Assembly: GCF_022045235.1 (NCBI RefSeq) | Contig: NW_027266266.1 | Coordinates: 5,017,848-5,081,847, forward strand | Reading direction: 5' to 3' | DNA length: 64,000 bases | DNA from: Haliotis cracherodii | Taxonomy: Eukaryota | In this document: piece by piece, positions 1 to 13,082 of the stretch | Numbering within the stretch: the stretch's first letter is position 1 | Layout: every line of letters starts with the position of its first letter | Translations under genes and position numbers: made by a program | Notes under the pieces: model-generated | Told to the model about the DNA's origin: nothing | Database searches by the model: none | Seen by the model: only the letters and a program-made list of their open reading frames with translations

Positions 1-885
1 AAAAGAATAATACCTTGGCAAAACCAAAATGACACTGACAATCGTGGAAATTTAGTTTTATATAAATAAACATATTCAAGCTGCAGCCCTTGTTAAGAAA
101 AGTTTGAATCAGGAAATAACAGATTGAAGTACCTCAATGTCAGCCTTCCACATCCTCTTGTCATAGGAGATGGAGGCGTTGAACTTCTCCATGATCGGGT
201 CTGTTGCCCCAGTGAACCGGCCACCCCACAGCTTACTCCCCTAGTGGGTCAAACAATGAGAGGATATAAACGAATGACATAACAACTCGTGTGGTCTGAC
301 GTTGATTAATGAATAATTTGCATACTCGTATATGCAGGGGGCCGACGTATGGTTCTCAGTAGGAAGTGACAACTTGGAGACGATGGCTTGCAGTATATAC
401 AGTTTTACTTTATACATGTAGATATATACATACAAAAGACACTATGTGCCAGGTCAGCACATAGTGGTTGTGGTTGTTGTCTAGGTGCCCCAGAGCACCC
501 AGCCTAACCCTAGCTAGGCTAAGGGTAAGACCTTTTTTTTTTCCTTCAATCTCATTGGACCAAAGGCTTATATAGCCAAGATCACCTGACATTTAGTAAG
601 TAATAAATATAAATGTAAACAGTAAATCATCAGTGACATACTTGCACATCTCGTTCAGGATGGCAGACGGTCGATGTACACAAAAATGGGGATTAACAAA
701 TTAGGATCAGCATCTTATAAATAACAGCAATTAAGTGTTTCAAGGCATATAGATGTCATGGCTCCAGGGTAATGAGCCTTTGCAATCAAATGTTCTTCAC
801 ACAATGGGTGTCATAAATCAGTCGCTATAATAGACCACATGCAACCACAATTATCCAGAGTATGTATCTCCATTCTGATCAATAG

Positions 886-1182
886 TCTGGAGACCCGTGA
901 AGACCCGGGGTAGAAAAGGTCTTCGGCAACCCATGCTTGCCGTAAAAGGTGACTATGCTTGTCATAAGAGGCGACTACGGGATTGAGTGGTCAGGATCGC
1001 TAACTTGGTTGATGCATGTCACGTATACCGATTACGTGGAACGATGTTCATGGTGTCATCACTGGATTGTCTGGTCCAGACTCAATTATTTACAGACTGC
1101 CATCATATAGCTGGAATATTGCTGAGTGAGGTGTTTAACAATAAACCAACCAACCAATACCCTGGACCCATACACCAACATA
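886..1182 (+). mobile_element. SINE family C (about 290 bp, (CAA)n/(CAAA)n tail)
   Basis: ccgtgaagacccggggtagaaaaggtcttcggcaacccatgcttgccgtaaaaggtgactatgcttgtcataagaggcgactacgggattgagtggtcagg...catatagctggaatattgctgagtgaggtgtttaacaataaaccaaccaacc. Confidence 0.8.
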
Positions 1183-1665
1183 GCTTCATTTTGGAACAGA
1201 CGTTAACAGCTCCATCGCCACTGTTGCTTGTTGCTTAATGGGAAGGACGTGTGGCCGAAGAATCTCATCCGATTACCCAGAAACTGTACTAGGTCTGTTC
1301 TACCAGTGTAGGAGATGGCAGCCCACATCATCACAGTGTTGCCACTAAATCTGTCCACTTCCTGTAGGCAGTTTGTACATAATGTTCCCCACGTTTATAT
1401 ATCCCAACAAGTGATGTTGCACGTGCATGTCATGTTGGTGTGTTTCAGTGCCAGGCTCTCACTTGGTTGTGTTTTGTGATTTTTCCATCTTTTCATCAAA
1501 TTTCTGTTGTACCTCATTCTTTCCACACAAATCAATCCCAATCCAATCCAAGTGACCAATTCATTGTTGGTATCATGTTTATATGGACACACTCTGTAAG
1601 ATATTTATGATTCTACTATTTGCTCGGGTTTATTTTGCAGAGTACAATATGCTTTAAATAAAATT

Positions 1666-2005
1666 ATGTGTACAACCTATTGCTGTCTACCTCCTATTGC
1701 AGTCTACCATCTACTACTGTCAACCACCTACTGCAGTCTACCACCTACTGCAGTCTATGACCTATTTGCAGTCTACCACCTACTGCAGTCTATGACCTAT
1801 TTGCAGTTTACCATCTACTGCAGTCTACGACCTACAGCAGTCTACCATCTACTGCAGTCTACCATCTACTGCAGTCTACCATCAATTGCAGTCTACCATC
1901 TATTGCTGTCTACCACTTACTGCAGTCTACCATCTACTGCAACCTACCACCTACTGCAGTCTACCATCTATTGCAGTCTACCATCTACTGCTGTCTACCA
2001 CCTTT
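1666..2005. repeat. Tandem repeat, about 18-bp unit (CTACTGCAGTCTACCAT) x about 19
   Basis: Direct visual periodicity. It creates the artefactual ORFs 1666..2022 and 1886..2110. Confidence 0.9.
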
Positions 2006-2352
2006 GCATTCAGTTATACTGATGATATTCAAAAACACAAAAAGAATTCTTTTATTTTACAGAGATCCTTCCGCATGACAGTAAACATTCAGCCGTGCTT
2101 GCCATGGTAATGCCACCAGCTGTTACATGGTGTTTTTCAGGAAATCAACATTCATTCTCTGAACACTTCATCATGTTTATTTATTCTATAAAAATAATAA
2201 TAAAAGTAACATACCAAGTACATGTGACCTTAAACTAATCACCATCAATAAGACTACAATTAATAATATATCAAAACATTTCACATATACAACCAAATGA
2301 GTCAATGTGATTATATTGTCATCTCCACCACAGCAGCCTGCTGGGTAAGTGT

Positions 2353-2868
2353 CCATCTTCCTGAGGCAAGGGAGTTAACTGACAGTAAAAGTCCAGTTTC
2401 CACCCTTACCAAACTAGGCTGGAATTTCTGGGCTCGATCATAGCGCCACCAGTGGCTATTTAGAGTTATATCCCATCTATACCCTTCCTCCTATTGACCA
2501 ATCAGATTCCGCATCACACATCACTTGCATGTGCTTCAAATAATATGGCGGCGCCCAGTGAAGACAATATCTATACTGTAATATAACTGGTCTTACTTCT
2601 TGAAGACCATTAAATTATGTGAGCACCTTGATTAAAAACATGAAAAGATATGGAAAATATCTGTTGATGCTAAGTTGATGGAACACATGCTGGGCAAATC
2701 CTGCAATCGATCGAAATCTGCAAGGCAGTTTACCAACAGGATGTCGACTGGACTATGCATAGACTAATTAGTTCCGCCAGAAAATAACTCCATAATTCCA
2801 GCCTAGTTAGGCAAGGGTGAAAACTGGACTTTTATAGGCAGTTAACTCCCTACCCTCAGGAAGATCGG
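2353..2868. mobile_element. MITE family E (about 520-550 bp, long TIR CCTCGGCAAGGGAGTTAACTGAC...TTTCCACCCTTGCCGAACTAGGCTGGAA)
   Basis: Left end is cctgaggcaagggagttaactgacagtaaaagtccagtttccacccttaccaaactaggctggaatt. Right end is ccagcctagttaggcaagggtgaaaactggacttttataggcagttaactccctaccctcagg. The two ends are perfect inverted complements over about 60 bp. Confidence 0.8.
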
Positions 2869-3939
2869 TAAGTGTCATACTGCTGATAAATCTCCCAACA
2901 GCATACATTGAATGTTGTAGTGCTCAGTATCACGAGGGGAACATGTGGTTTTAAGTGTCCTGTGTTAGCATTGTTTTACACCACAAATGTTTGTAAAAGA
3001 ATTAAAACAAATTGAAAAATGATAGAAAACAGCTGTTCATTTGGGCTAAGTTAACTTGTCCTGAGTCACGTGACTTTCATGGACTCATATTAAATCAATG
3101 TACAGCTTTTTGGCTTCGAAGCGTGAATAAGGGGAATAAGGGATTCTTCCACTCAAATTTTTTTATTTCGCTCCCTGGTGGGATGCATTGTATTTTGTCA
3201 CGATCATATGAACCAATCAGATCTCAACATTTTGACATGGACGGATGATAAGATGGCATATCACTGCTACCTGATGCTGCCACAACACTGTCACTCCTTG
3301 AAATCAAACTTGTATCTTCAGTGGCCACCCAATCCTCAAAACAGATCATCCTACGTGATCACAGTTCCAGCTTCATTGAAATAACAACCTAAAATAACCT
3401 TAAAACTGTGAAAATCTCTGTAATGGATTTATGCAAAGTGTGCACACAGCTTTTTACATTTTTACCTCCATAAATGGAAAATAGTAAGAAGAAGTCAATT
3501 TTTAGTAAGAAATCAACAATAAGAACTTAACAGACTGCTTATGCCACCATGTCAACCTTGTGACAGGTGTCATCATCCATTTAAATGAGTCTCAACCAGA
3601 CAATCCACTGATTGACATCAGCATTGATGTAAGCAATTGGGATGGGATGACATGCATCAACCAAGTCAGCGAGTCTGCTAAAGCATGGGTTGCCAAAGAT
3701 CAATTCTAACCCGGATCTTCACGGGTTCAACCATATTAACCACACGATACACTATCAGTCTACTCATTGGATCACATAATACACACCTCCCCCGCTCCTT
3801 CATGCTTCGAGTCCGCCATCTTGGATGTACCTCAGTATCTGGAAAATACAACACATCGTAAACCAAAGATAAGGTATTCATTCAAGGACTGAAACAATGA
3901 CCGGCAAGAATTAGTGCATCGTGGTATGAGTAATATATT

Positions 3940-4225
3940 TTATTGTCATGATTGGTTGGTTGGTTGATTTGTTGTTAAAAATGCTGCACTCAGCAATATT
4001 CCAGCTATATGACGGCGGTCTGTACATAATCGAGTCTGGACCAGACAATACAGTGATTGATATCATGAGCATCGATCCACGCAATTGGGATCGATGACAT
4101 GTATCAACCAAGTCAGCGAGCCTGACCACCTGATCCCCATAGTCGCCTTTTACGACAAGCATAGTCGTCTTTTACAGCAAGTATGGGTTGCTGAAGACCT
4201 ATTCTACCCCGGAATCTTCACGGGT
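3940..4225 (-). mobile_element. SINE family C
   Basis: ggttggttggttgatttgttgttaaaaatgctgcactcagcaatattccagctatatgacggcggtctgtacataatcgagtctggaccagacaat...gggttgctgaagacctattctaccccggaatcttcacgggtc. Confidence 0.85.
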
Positions 4226-4394
4226 CTTATTGTCATGAAACAAAATGCTAAATCATAAACATAATACTAATAGAACAAGCTATAATATACCAGTCTTGTG
4301 AGTTAAACACAAAGAACATAATTCTCTGTTTATTACCGAAGAAGATGTCTTCACACAGAGACGAATTTTAGTGTTTACTTGCAAAGACAGCTGG

Positions 4395-4640
4395 TCGCAA
4401 CAGCAGAGGAGCGTCAATTTGTCTAATGACGTCAACAATCTTCAGCTATGATGTCGTTTCTAGTGTGATGTCATTCAGACCTCACGTCACAATAAAATTT
4501 GAATGACGTCAACAATGCCGTCTGAATGACGTGATATGACCGAAGAGCACATATGGTTTTTATGAACCCTGATATGTTTGCTATCGTAGGTAATAAGTAT
4601 TGATATGTGACGGAGTCATACTGTAAATCATGAAATAAAT
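4395..4640 (-). repeat. Dispersed repeat family F (TGACGTCA-rich), copy 1
   Basis: Reverse complement of 19655-19905. Carries aatgacgtcaac, atgatgtcgtt, gtgatgtcattc, cacgtcac, aatgacgtcaac and aatgacgtgat. Confidence 0.7.
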
Positions 4641-4664
4641 GTGAGCATGTAATTATCACTAATT

Positions 4665-5095
4665 ACAGTCAAGTCCCATTAATCTGACATGGTTGAAGAA
4701 GTATCAACATCCATGATAAAAATTCGGACAACTACATGATAGTTAACGATACAAACACATTGTAACAAAAAAATGAAAAATTAAATATTTATATTTTTAT
4801 GTTGCATTGTTAGCGGAATATGTTTTCTAATCATAATCATAATGAGATGGAGGTAATCTGAGCATGTAATTGATCCTGTTTTGTTTATTTAAAGTATTAT
4901 TTAAAGGATTAACGAGACAGATTAAAGAGTGATTTCAATAATTTGTTGCAAATTTGTTGTGTTGGAGTTGGAGTGCGAGACAATTGGAAAACGGGTCTAA
5001 ATAGCACTGACGTAATTGGTTCCCATTTTTAGTGTCGGGTAAAGCTGATTGTTGGATTAACGAGTGTTAGATTAACGAGACTTGTCTGCAACACA
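4665..5095. mobile_element. MITE family G (TIR CAGTCAAGTCCCATTAATC)
   Basis: Left end is acagtcaagtcccattaatctgacatgg. Right end is ggattaacgagacttgtctgc, the inverted complement. The internal gagcatgtaattgatcctgttttg...ggtctaaatagcactgacgtaattggttcc is shared with 40996-41485. Confidence 0.65.
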
Positions 5096-5504
5096 AAAAA
5101 TGCAAGTGTCCCATGCTCTCAATCCTAAAGTAACACATTTTCATCTGAACTTATTGCAGTATAGTGTCATGTCCGGTTCACTGCACAAAGGCATAAACAA
5201 TGACATATATAACAAATATGAAACGTCAACGCCAGAGAATAATCAGTTTTGACTATCGGCTAAAACAGATTCCACTAGACGAGAAAGGCAAAATTGTGGT
5301 GAAAATCATAAGAATGGATAACTGAAAATATCTAACACAAGGTTTTATTGTGAAAAGGGTAAGCATGTCCTGCTCTACCAGTAGCTCACAGTAAACAATG
5401 TAATTGAGCTTTACATTTAGTCTTCTTCTCACCAGGTACTGACTGTCATGTATGGTTAAGTTGATCAAGCAGTCAACCTGGTTGAATTATCTGCTCACTC
5501 ATAT

Positions 5505-5655
5505 AATGAGTGAGTATGGTTTTACGTCGCTTTTAGCAATATTCCAGCAATATCACGGCGGGGGACACCAGAAATGGGCTTCACACAATGTCCCCATGTC
5601 GGGAATCATGCCCAGGTCTTCGGCATGACCGCTTGAACCACAAGACTACCCGACC
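5505..5655 (-). mobile_element. SINE family A (tRNA-derived, GGTAGCCTAGTGGTTAAAGCG... head and (ACTC)n tail)
   Basis: gagtgagtatggttttacgtcgcttttagcaatattccagcaatatcacggcggggg...cccaggtcttcggcatgacc. Same consensus as 37607-37800 in reverse. Confidence 0.75.
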
Positions 5656-5944
5656 ACCCACCCACCCATATAATGAACATGACCAGAACAGTAACAGCTG
5701 TCGTGGTGAATACACCACACTGCTCATTGACAACCACTAAGAACAGTTGGAACCTGTACAATCTGAGTTAGTGTCCCAACCCATCTCATTTGAATATGCA
5801 TTATATGAAATTTCCTGCTTTTGATTTCATGGACGTTAGATCACATATAAGTTAAGTTAAGTTTGTGAACATGGAAAATAATCAGTCGAACTGCTTTCAA
5901 TCCACACTAAATCGTGGTAATCTTAGTCTACAGTCTTGACGTCT

Positions 5945-6210
5945 TAGTTTATTATAGGTCTTCAGCAAACCATGCTTACTGTAAATAGCGACTATGCTTG
6001 TCGTAAGAGGCGACTGACGGGATCGTGTGGTCAGGCTCGCTGACTTGGTTGATGCATGTCATCCTATCCCAACTGCGTGGATCGATGCTCATGATATCAA
6101 TCACTGGACCATCTGGTCCAGACTCGATTATTTACAGACTGCCTTCATATAGCTGGAATATTGCTGAGTGTGGCGTTAAACAACAAACAAACAAACAAAA
6201 CAAATTTACA
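5945..6210 (+). mobile_element. SINE family C
   Basis: ggtcttcagcaaaccatgcttactgtaaatagcgactatgcttgtcgtaagaggcgactgacgggatcgtgtggtcaggctcgctgacttggttgatgcatgtc...gctgagtgtggcgttaaacaacaaacaaacaaacaaaac. Confidence 0.85.
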
Positions 6211-6794
6211 GTTCAAAGGTAGTGCTACTCGCACTAATTGCAGGTCACATTTTAGGCTGGGGGTCAACATTGGCATACATTCGGTGACAGGTTAACTTTC
6301 ATTATATACAGTGTTGTGGAGGGGTTTATCTAGGATTCCAAACTTCGGCTTTTAGCAGGCAAATTGGGAAAATATTTCGTAAATTCAGGGTCATTTTAAC
6401 ATTGCGTTCATTATAACACCCATTCCTCTTTACTGGTCCTGTTGGCACTGCAACACAAGTCACCTCCACAATGCTATAAAAGGAGCTGCAACCATGTTAA
6501 CTTGAATTGGGGTGTTCTAAAATGTCAGGAACATTTGCTGCAGTCCTGGGGCTGTATGTGATCATCTGAACAGGTCTAGGTAATTCACTCTCAGTGCATT
6601 TCTTCTTAATTATTTTATTGGGCAAGTTTGATATTTAGTCCTGGGATTTTTCAGTTGGATTCCAAACTATCTACCCTTTGCAGGGAAATTGGGCAAAAAT
6701 TGTTAATCTGTTCAAAATGGGGTTTATTTTCTTATTTTCAAATTGTATTCAATACAATAATGCAAATTAATCCTCTTCCTCTTTTATGGGGGCT

Positions 6795-7010
6795 GCCTCC
6801 GTGGTCTAGTGGTAGAGCATCCACCCGGAGAGCAGAAGGTCCTGGGTTCGATCCCTGGCCGCGTCATACCAAAAGACTTTAAAAGATGGTACTTGTTGTT
6901 ACCCTGTCTGGCGCTCGGCGTTAAGGGGCTAAAGCAAGGACTGGTCGGCTCGGAGTCGGAGGGGTATTCATGTTAAACTGTGGCATGGTATCTCTGTGGG
7001 CTGAATAGGA
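6795..7010 (+). mobile_element. SINE family D (tRNA-like head GCCTCCGTGGTCTAGTGGTAGAGC...GGTTCGATCCC, about 250-300 bp)
   Basis: The head looks like a degenerate tRNA, and the anticodon stem does not pair. The same about 250-bp sequence recurs reverse-complemented at 56440-56705 and 59040-59290. Confidence 0.7.
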
Positions 7011-8717
7011 ATTACAAAATGGGCATCCAGTGAGTTATTAGTGCTGGAATCAAGAGTTCTACCCACTTGTGACAAGCTTGTTGACACCTCTGCATACCAA
7101 TCAGTGAACTGTTGTTGGTTCAATTATTTTATTGACTTTCAACTTCCGGTCAGCATGTGTGATTTTTTTAAGGAAAACACTGTTTATTGTTTTTACGGAA
7201 GTGCTCCACTCAGCGCTAATAAGCGGTGCTATTTGCTGTTTGATTGGATTAAGGTAAGGGTATGTATCATTCTACTGGGGATGGGGTGGGGGAGTCACAT
7301 TGATATTGAGTCACATTTTTGGCTGGGGGTCATCAGTTGTATTAATTTGGAGACGCATTGATTTCCAGATTTACCGTACCTTACAAATACAAACTTGGGC
7401 AACTTTTTCTCAGATTAAAAAAGCTCGTAGCAATCAGCTGGATAAACGGATACCACATTAATAAAAAGTAGGAATGGGTATTGGATGTTTAAAGTGTATC
7501 AAAATATTTTACAATGCACAATCAGAAGCAATTTGAATCATCAATGCAGGAAATGAAGTTCAAAAATGTAACAAAACAAGATGCTGGAACAGGATAACGA
7601 TTATTCATTTAATAAATACGCAAGGATGCACTCACGAAGTGATGACTTGGTCTTACCCCACTGCCACAGAAGAACTCCAGAATGCGAACTTGCATTTTTG
7701 AATTACAGAAGCATTTCGAAGGTACATGTATTTGGCAAGTGAATAACATTAAACACAACAAATATCACAATTTGAATTCACCCAGTATACCGAGCACTAA
7801 AACATGATATTGTGATACGTATAATGAAAGAATATACCTCAATTTACCGATATACCGGTAATACCACGCACCCTTAATGAAAAGATAAATCAACCTAGAC
7901 TGTGATAAAACATTTCCCAAACAACAACCTTGGACATAGCTGTGCAACAGAACAAAGCCGACACTTACAGAATATCTGCAGCCTCCGTACCAGCGTCCCT
8001 GCTGCCTAATGTGATGTCAGGCAAGTGACAAATTTCGTTCCATATGTGGAGAGTCAACACGTTTGATTGAAAATCAATGGCTGATATTGGCTGTGCCTGT
8101 GTGATGTGACTGTACACGAGCATGTTATAAAGGATAAATCAACTAACAGCTCTGCCTCTGTCAAATAAATCAAGACATTGCCAACCGGAACTAATCAATT
8201 ATGATTTTATTAATAAGTAGGACTGACACCATATGCACTAACATGAACGCCAGTTGTCTCCCTTTGACTATATGGCCCCACATTTTATTGCCCTGTTTGA
8301 ACCTGCACTGACATAAACATCTACAGCATGGTTTGAAAATAACTTGTCCAAGGCTTGTAAAATTTTAGGACTAGTGACATTACTTTATGGACAACTACTT
8401 ATCATCAGGTATATAGCAAGTCTGGAGCAGTTTTGTTAACATGCAATTTCCAGTGTTAACATGTTCAGGATAATGTGTTCATTAGGAAAACTGGCACCCT
8501 TTCCATAGAGGTGCATTTTCTGCTCAAAATACGAACATCACTGAACCTTCAGGCTTAAGATAAGAACCTTCAGGATTAAGGAACATATTTCATTGAAAAG
8601 AAAAATTAAAGTCATAAAAAATATTAAAAAGAAGCCAAGAGATTTTCTTCATTTCCTCATACTGAAAGAATCTAGACTTACCAAATATAACAGACTTGCA
8701 TGGGCTGTACTGCATTT

Positions 8718-9069
8718 ACCGTATTCGACGTAAAAAGCGCCCCGCTCTAATAAGCTCCAACGGCGATATTTGCTAATATATTGACTAGTGAACAATCCCA
8801 ATCAGCACCCCTTCCTATTGATCAATGTACACAAGACTTATTTATTTGTGTATAATATACACTTGTGTGTTATATGCGCTTTAATTATGGGCAATTAAAT
8901 TCTGGAAAAATATATCTGTCGTATGTCAACATTTCCGGCTGTCAGCATAAACCACAAAATTTACGATCTTTCAGCTCGTTTTTTTTTCACCAAAATAATT
9001 TTCTAATAAGACCCCCCTATTTCTAATTTTGAGAGCACCCTGGGCGCTTATTACGTCGAATACGGTATT
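8718..9069. mobile_element. MITE-like element, about 350 bp, with about 27-bp TIRs (ACCGTATTCGACGTAAAAAGCGCCC)
   Basis: Left end is accgtattcgacgtaaaaagcgccccgctctaataagctcc. Right end is ttctaataagacccccc...gagagcaccctgggcgcttattacgtcgaatacggtat. Confidence 0.6.
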
Positions 9070-10429
9070 TGTTTCAGGCTCTCATAAAGATTACTTGCAG
9101 ACTGGTTGAAAGGTTGGTCAAGGACGTTTAATAAAACGACTACATTAAATATAATACAAGCTGTTGTGTATATTGATGTAGTCATAAACTTAGCGTATTA
9201 CAGTACTCAAGTACTTTCGCAAATATAAAAAATGGTGCCATGGCACTGTAGCTCACCTGAATATGTAGTCAGCACTTTAGAAAACAAAGACACACAAAAA
9301 CAAAAGTTGATGTCAACACTGATATTTAAATATTGTCTGCATAAATTTTAAAAACTAATACTAAAATCTACCGTGTATGACCGTAGAATAAGAATATGTT
9401 GACATCTAATCGTGAAACTACAACAAATATTACTTTTAACGAGTCAAAGTACGGCAGTTATTAGATATGTATCCATTCTCTGTCAACTAATGTTCGTTTA
9501 AGGGTGTCAATAGCAGTAATATGATCGTGGTTGCTGTAAATAATGGTGAGTTGGTGCTGTCACGGAATGTGATAAAGCGGAACGGGGCAAACCGAAGCTG
9601 TAAGTATCGGAGGGACACAGGATTTCGCCAAAACTAATGTTAATTTAACTGAATGAAATTTTGATTAAAATTGATAAAATACATTTCGAGATAACAAACA
9701 TGAGTAAAGATATACAATGAACACTTTTTATTACCGATGGTGTAACAACAGGATTAACTTGCATAATATAATATGTATTTGTTGATATTCTATTTCCGAT
9801 GATGATGAGACATAGTTTCAGGTTGGAGGTCAGGCTTATCTACCGCACATAACATTTCGAAACAGATTTCAAGGACCAAGTTAATACCTCGGCTTATCTA
9901 TGAGATCGGCTTATCTACGGTCATATACGGTAATGAATTGAACATGATATGACGTCATCACAAGGAGAAACATGTCTGCCATTGACCGCTCCCTCAGTTT
10001 CCAACTTTCAGTGCAGAAGAAATTTACAGAGTAAATATGTATTTTGAGAGAATTTAAGAGCAGGGTCAAAAGAAGGTAAAATATTAAAATATGGCCACAA
10101 AAAATAACTTATCCCACAAATAGCAGAATAGATACCAAATTTCAATACATTTTTACAAACAATGACTCAGTTATGGCCATAAATAGCTTTCAATATGGCT
10201 GCCGTGTGTGAGTTCAAACGACATCTCATGTGAAAATCAGTTTGAAATTATAACACACTTACAGGAACAATCTTGGCAGCTAATGGAAACACCTCAGTGG
10301 AAACAATTCATGTTTTCAAAAAGCCCAAGAAGGCAAAACTATCTCCCCAACACATCTACCGGCCAACTGATCATGTATTTGTCGACAAAATCTGTGCACA
10401 TATTTAGGTGAAAACAACAGTGATCAAGA

Positions 10430-10592
10430 GGAGTGAGTGAGTGAGTATGATTTACGCTGCTTTTAGCAATATTCCAGCAATATCACAGCGGAGGACACCA
10501 GAAATGGGCTTCACACATTGTACCCATGTCGGGAATCGAACCCGGGTCTTCAGCATGACGAGCGAATGCTTTAACCACTAGGGTGATCGAGA
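10430..10592 (-). mobile_element. SINE family A
   Basis: gagtgagtgagtgagtatgatttacgctgcttttagcaatattccagc...gggaatcgaacccgggtcttcagcatgacgagcgaatgctttaaccactaggg. Confidence 0.8.
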
Positions 10593-10614
10593 GGAGGTAA
10601 CATCAAACACAACA

Positions 10615-11075
10615 GTTTTGAAAAGTGCAACAGTCCTTACCACAGCTCCAGATAACTGTTTGAGCTATTGAGATTTTACTCTAGGCTTTCTATTTTAATT
10701 AGGTTATTACATTTTTCATTTGGTGACCAACATTTTTTTCACTCATATATTCATCACTCTGTTGGTTTTTTTTCCAAAATTAGTGAACATTTTAAGATTT
10801 AAAAAAAAGGAAATAATGTTTCAGATGTATATAACTGTTCTAAATATATAGGCTTGACTCGGAATGTAAATTAGCCCGTAATTGTGTTTCGGAAATTAGC
10901 TACTTTGTACGTATGCTGAAAAAGCTTCATTGGGTATTTCCATGTGCTGTTTTTTTATATTTGAGTTTTTCATTTAATGCATGCGTTTCTGTACACAAGT
11001 TGATTGAAAGTAATTTGGTTTTCAATATTTTTGGGGGGTATTTTACGCAAATATGATGCTTATCTGTAGCTCTGC
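10615..11075 (+). repeat. Dispersed repeat family I (about 450 bp), copy 1
   Basis: gctccagataactgtttgagctattgagattttactc...ttaagatttaaaaaaaaggaaataatgtttcagatgtatataactgttctaaatatataggcttgactcggaatgtaaattagcccgtaattgtgtttcggaaatt...ttttggggggtattttacgcaaat. About 85% identical to 55563-56000. Confidence 0.7.
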
Positions 11076-12744
11076 CTTACCATTGCAACATTTAGGCAGA
11101 CGTCAAACTTCCATAGTTACGATATATAAAATTGGATTGTTTTCATCTGAATTTTTTAAAGCTTCTGACAGGAAATTTTGGGCAAAAAATCTGAACCCTC
11201 CCACAAAAGGTCTTGCCTTCTATGAATAACACAGATAAATCGTCTTCAAGTGAACGTTGATAACATGTTTTGAAAGTGCATGAAATCCACATATATAATG
11301 TATACAGTTATTTATCTAGACCTGCTCAGAGGTCGATTATCCTTGCAAACAGCTGTAGCCGATGTTACTAAAAACTCCAAATGGGATTAAATTTCCTATT
11401 TCATGTTAATAAAGTCATAACTATAAATGTGATGGCTAGGTCCGGGTGACTCATGTCACTGATAACATGCATGAAATCCCCCGCCAATATGACATGTCCG
11501 GTTGTGTGCAATGCATTAGCTCCTGTGAACTATGTTCACTGGGCCTTTTTGTAAATGGCATAATTGCAGCACTAAAAAAAGTTATTACTGGTGTTGTTTT
11601 GCCATCTGCAGTTTATGATCCGTGTCCATGAAACTTTTGGAGGAACATACACACAAGCAATGCAGAACTTACCAACAAGAAAGGAAATGTATTCAATACT
11701 GCGAGATGACACTATGCGCGAAGTTTAGTGAAGAAATATGGTACATTTTTCAGGGTCTGCTCCGGAAACGAGGACTACCACCATTTTCAGTCTAATTCAA
11801 AGTTGTTGCCATGAAAACTCAAAAAATGATTTTTCTAAAAATCCCATCCTATCAAAAGGCACCAGTTCACCACTAGACCTATCTATGTGCCACGTTTGGT
11901 TAAGAAATATGGTACGGTTTTCAACATCTGCTCTGGAAACGAAATGTGACAGACGGAAGGATGGAAGGACGGCACCCATTCCCATATCCCCCTTCCACTT
12001 CATAGCGGGGGATAAAAAGGACCATCAAACATGAAGAGGCCATTATGTTTGAATAAACATTATTGCACATTAATTAGTATTAACAGTTCCCTGACAAATA
12101 GTCTAAGAGGTATATGTGTGTAATCATTGTTATCGTTGCTTACTTGTTGACATGACCGATAGCTTGGCTGCGGGAATGTTTTATGACAGAAATGCAGTGC
12201 TCCAGATAAGCTGCGTATATGCGTAAAATACGCATCAGAAATGCAGAAACACGCAGTAAAATAAAATCCAAGCGTATCAAATACGCAACGAACATTACAG
12301 ATACGCTACAAAAATAAAACTTGTGCGTATCATCAAAATATTGTGAAGTAACCCTGCGTATTCGATTAGCAAATCAGCAACTTATTTTGAAATTATAAAC
12401 GGACATTCCGTCAAGCTTGCCAATCTCCACGATGACAGTTACATCATGATCATTTGCCATCACACTTTCTTGTGGAAGTATCATCTTATAAAGATCTCGA
12501 ACCCACACGACACCAGTTTGCAGGGACTAGATGAATAATGTTTTGAAATATTTAACTTAAATACCCACATGTGAAAAAACTAGTGGGTAACAGAAATTTG
12601 AATACCCAGATAGAATTACTGATACCCAATGATTATAAAATGCATGGGTAAAATACCCACAACACCAAAAGCTAATCTGGACCTCTGGAGATGGGGTCAC
12701 TCTTGGGAAGTAGCCCACTCCCACACACTTGACAAGAAGTCCAG

Positions 12745-12992
12745 TAGACCCCATTGGCATGTTATTTGTTTGTTTGTTTGTTTTTTTGTTTAACTCGCAC
12801 TCAGCAATATTCCAGCTATATGACGGCGGCCTGTAAATAATCGAGTCTGGACCAGACAATCCAGTCATTGATACCATGAGCAACGATCAAGGCAATTGAG
12901 ATACGATGACATGCATCAACCAAGTCAGTGAGCCTGACAACCCGATTCCGTAAGTTGCTGAAGAGCTATTCTACCCAAGGTCTTCATGGGTC
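12745..12992 (-). mobile_element. SINE family C
   Basis: tgtttgtttgtttgtttttttgtttaactcgcactcagcaatattccagctatatgacggcggcctgtaaataatcgagtctggaccagacaatccagtcattgataccatgagcaacgatc. Confidence 0.8.
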
Positions 12993-13082
12993 CGAACACA
13001 TTTCTTGTGTTTCCTGCCGTGATATTGCTGGAATATTGCTAAAAGCAGCATAAAACCTTACCCATCCACTCACTCACTCACT
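12975..13082 (+). mobile_element. SINE family A, 3' partial
   Basis: ccgtgatattgctggaatattgctaaaagcagcataaaacc...cactcactcactcac. Confidence 0.6.

Noticed and set aside
1666-2110. ORFs 1666..2022 and 1886..2110 (TAVYHLLQS repeats), ORFs 47468..47961 (LISNISTLVDES repeats), and ORFs 46745..47101 (CVCV and THTH).
   Set aside because: They are translations of 18-bp, 36-bp and (CA)n tandem repeats respectively, not coding sequence.
6795-6870. Possible bona fide tRNA gene (GCCTCCGTGGTCTAGTGGTAGAGC...GGTTCGATCCC).
   Set aside because: The anticodon-stem region does not pair and there is an about 15-nt insertion. The same sequence occurs as the head of an about 250-bp dispersed element in two other places (56440-56705 and 59040-59290). 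I call it a SINE head, not a tRNA gene.
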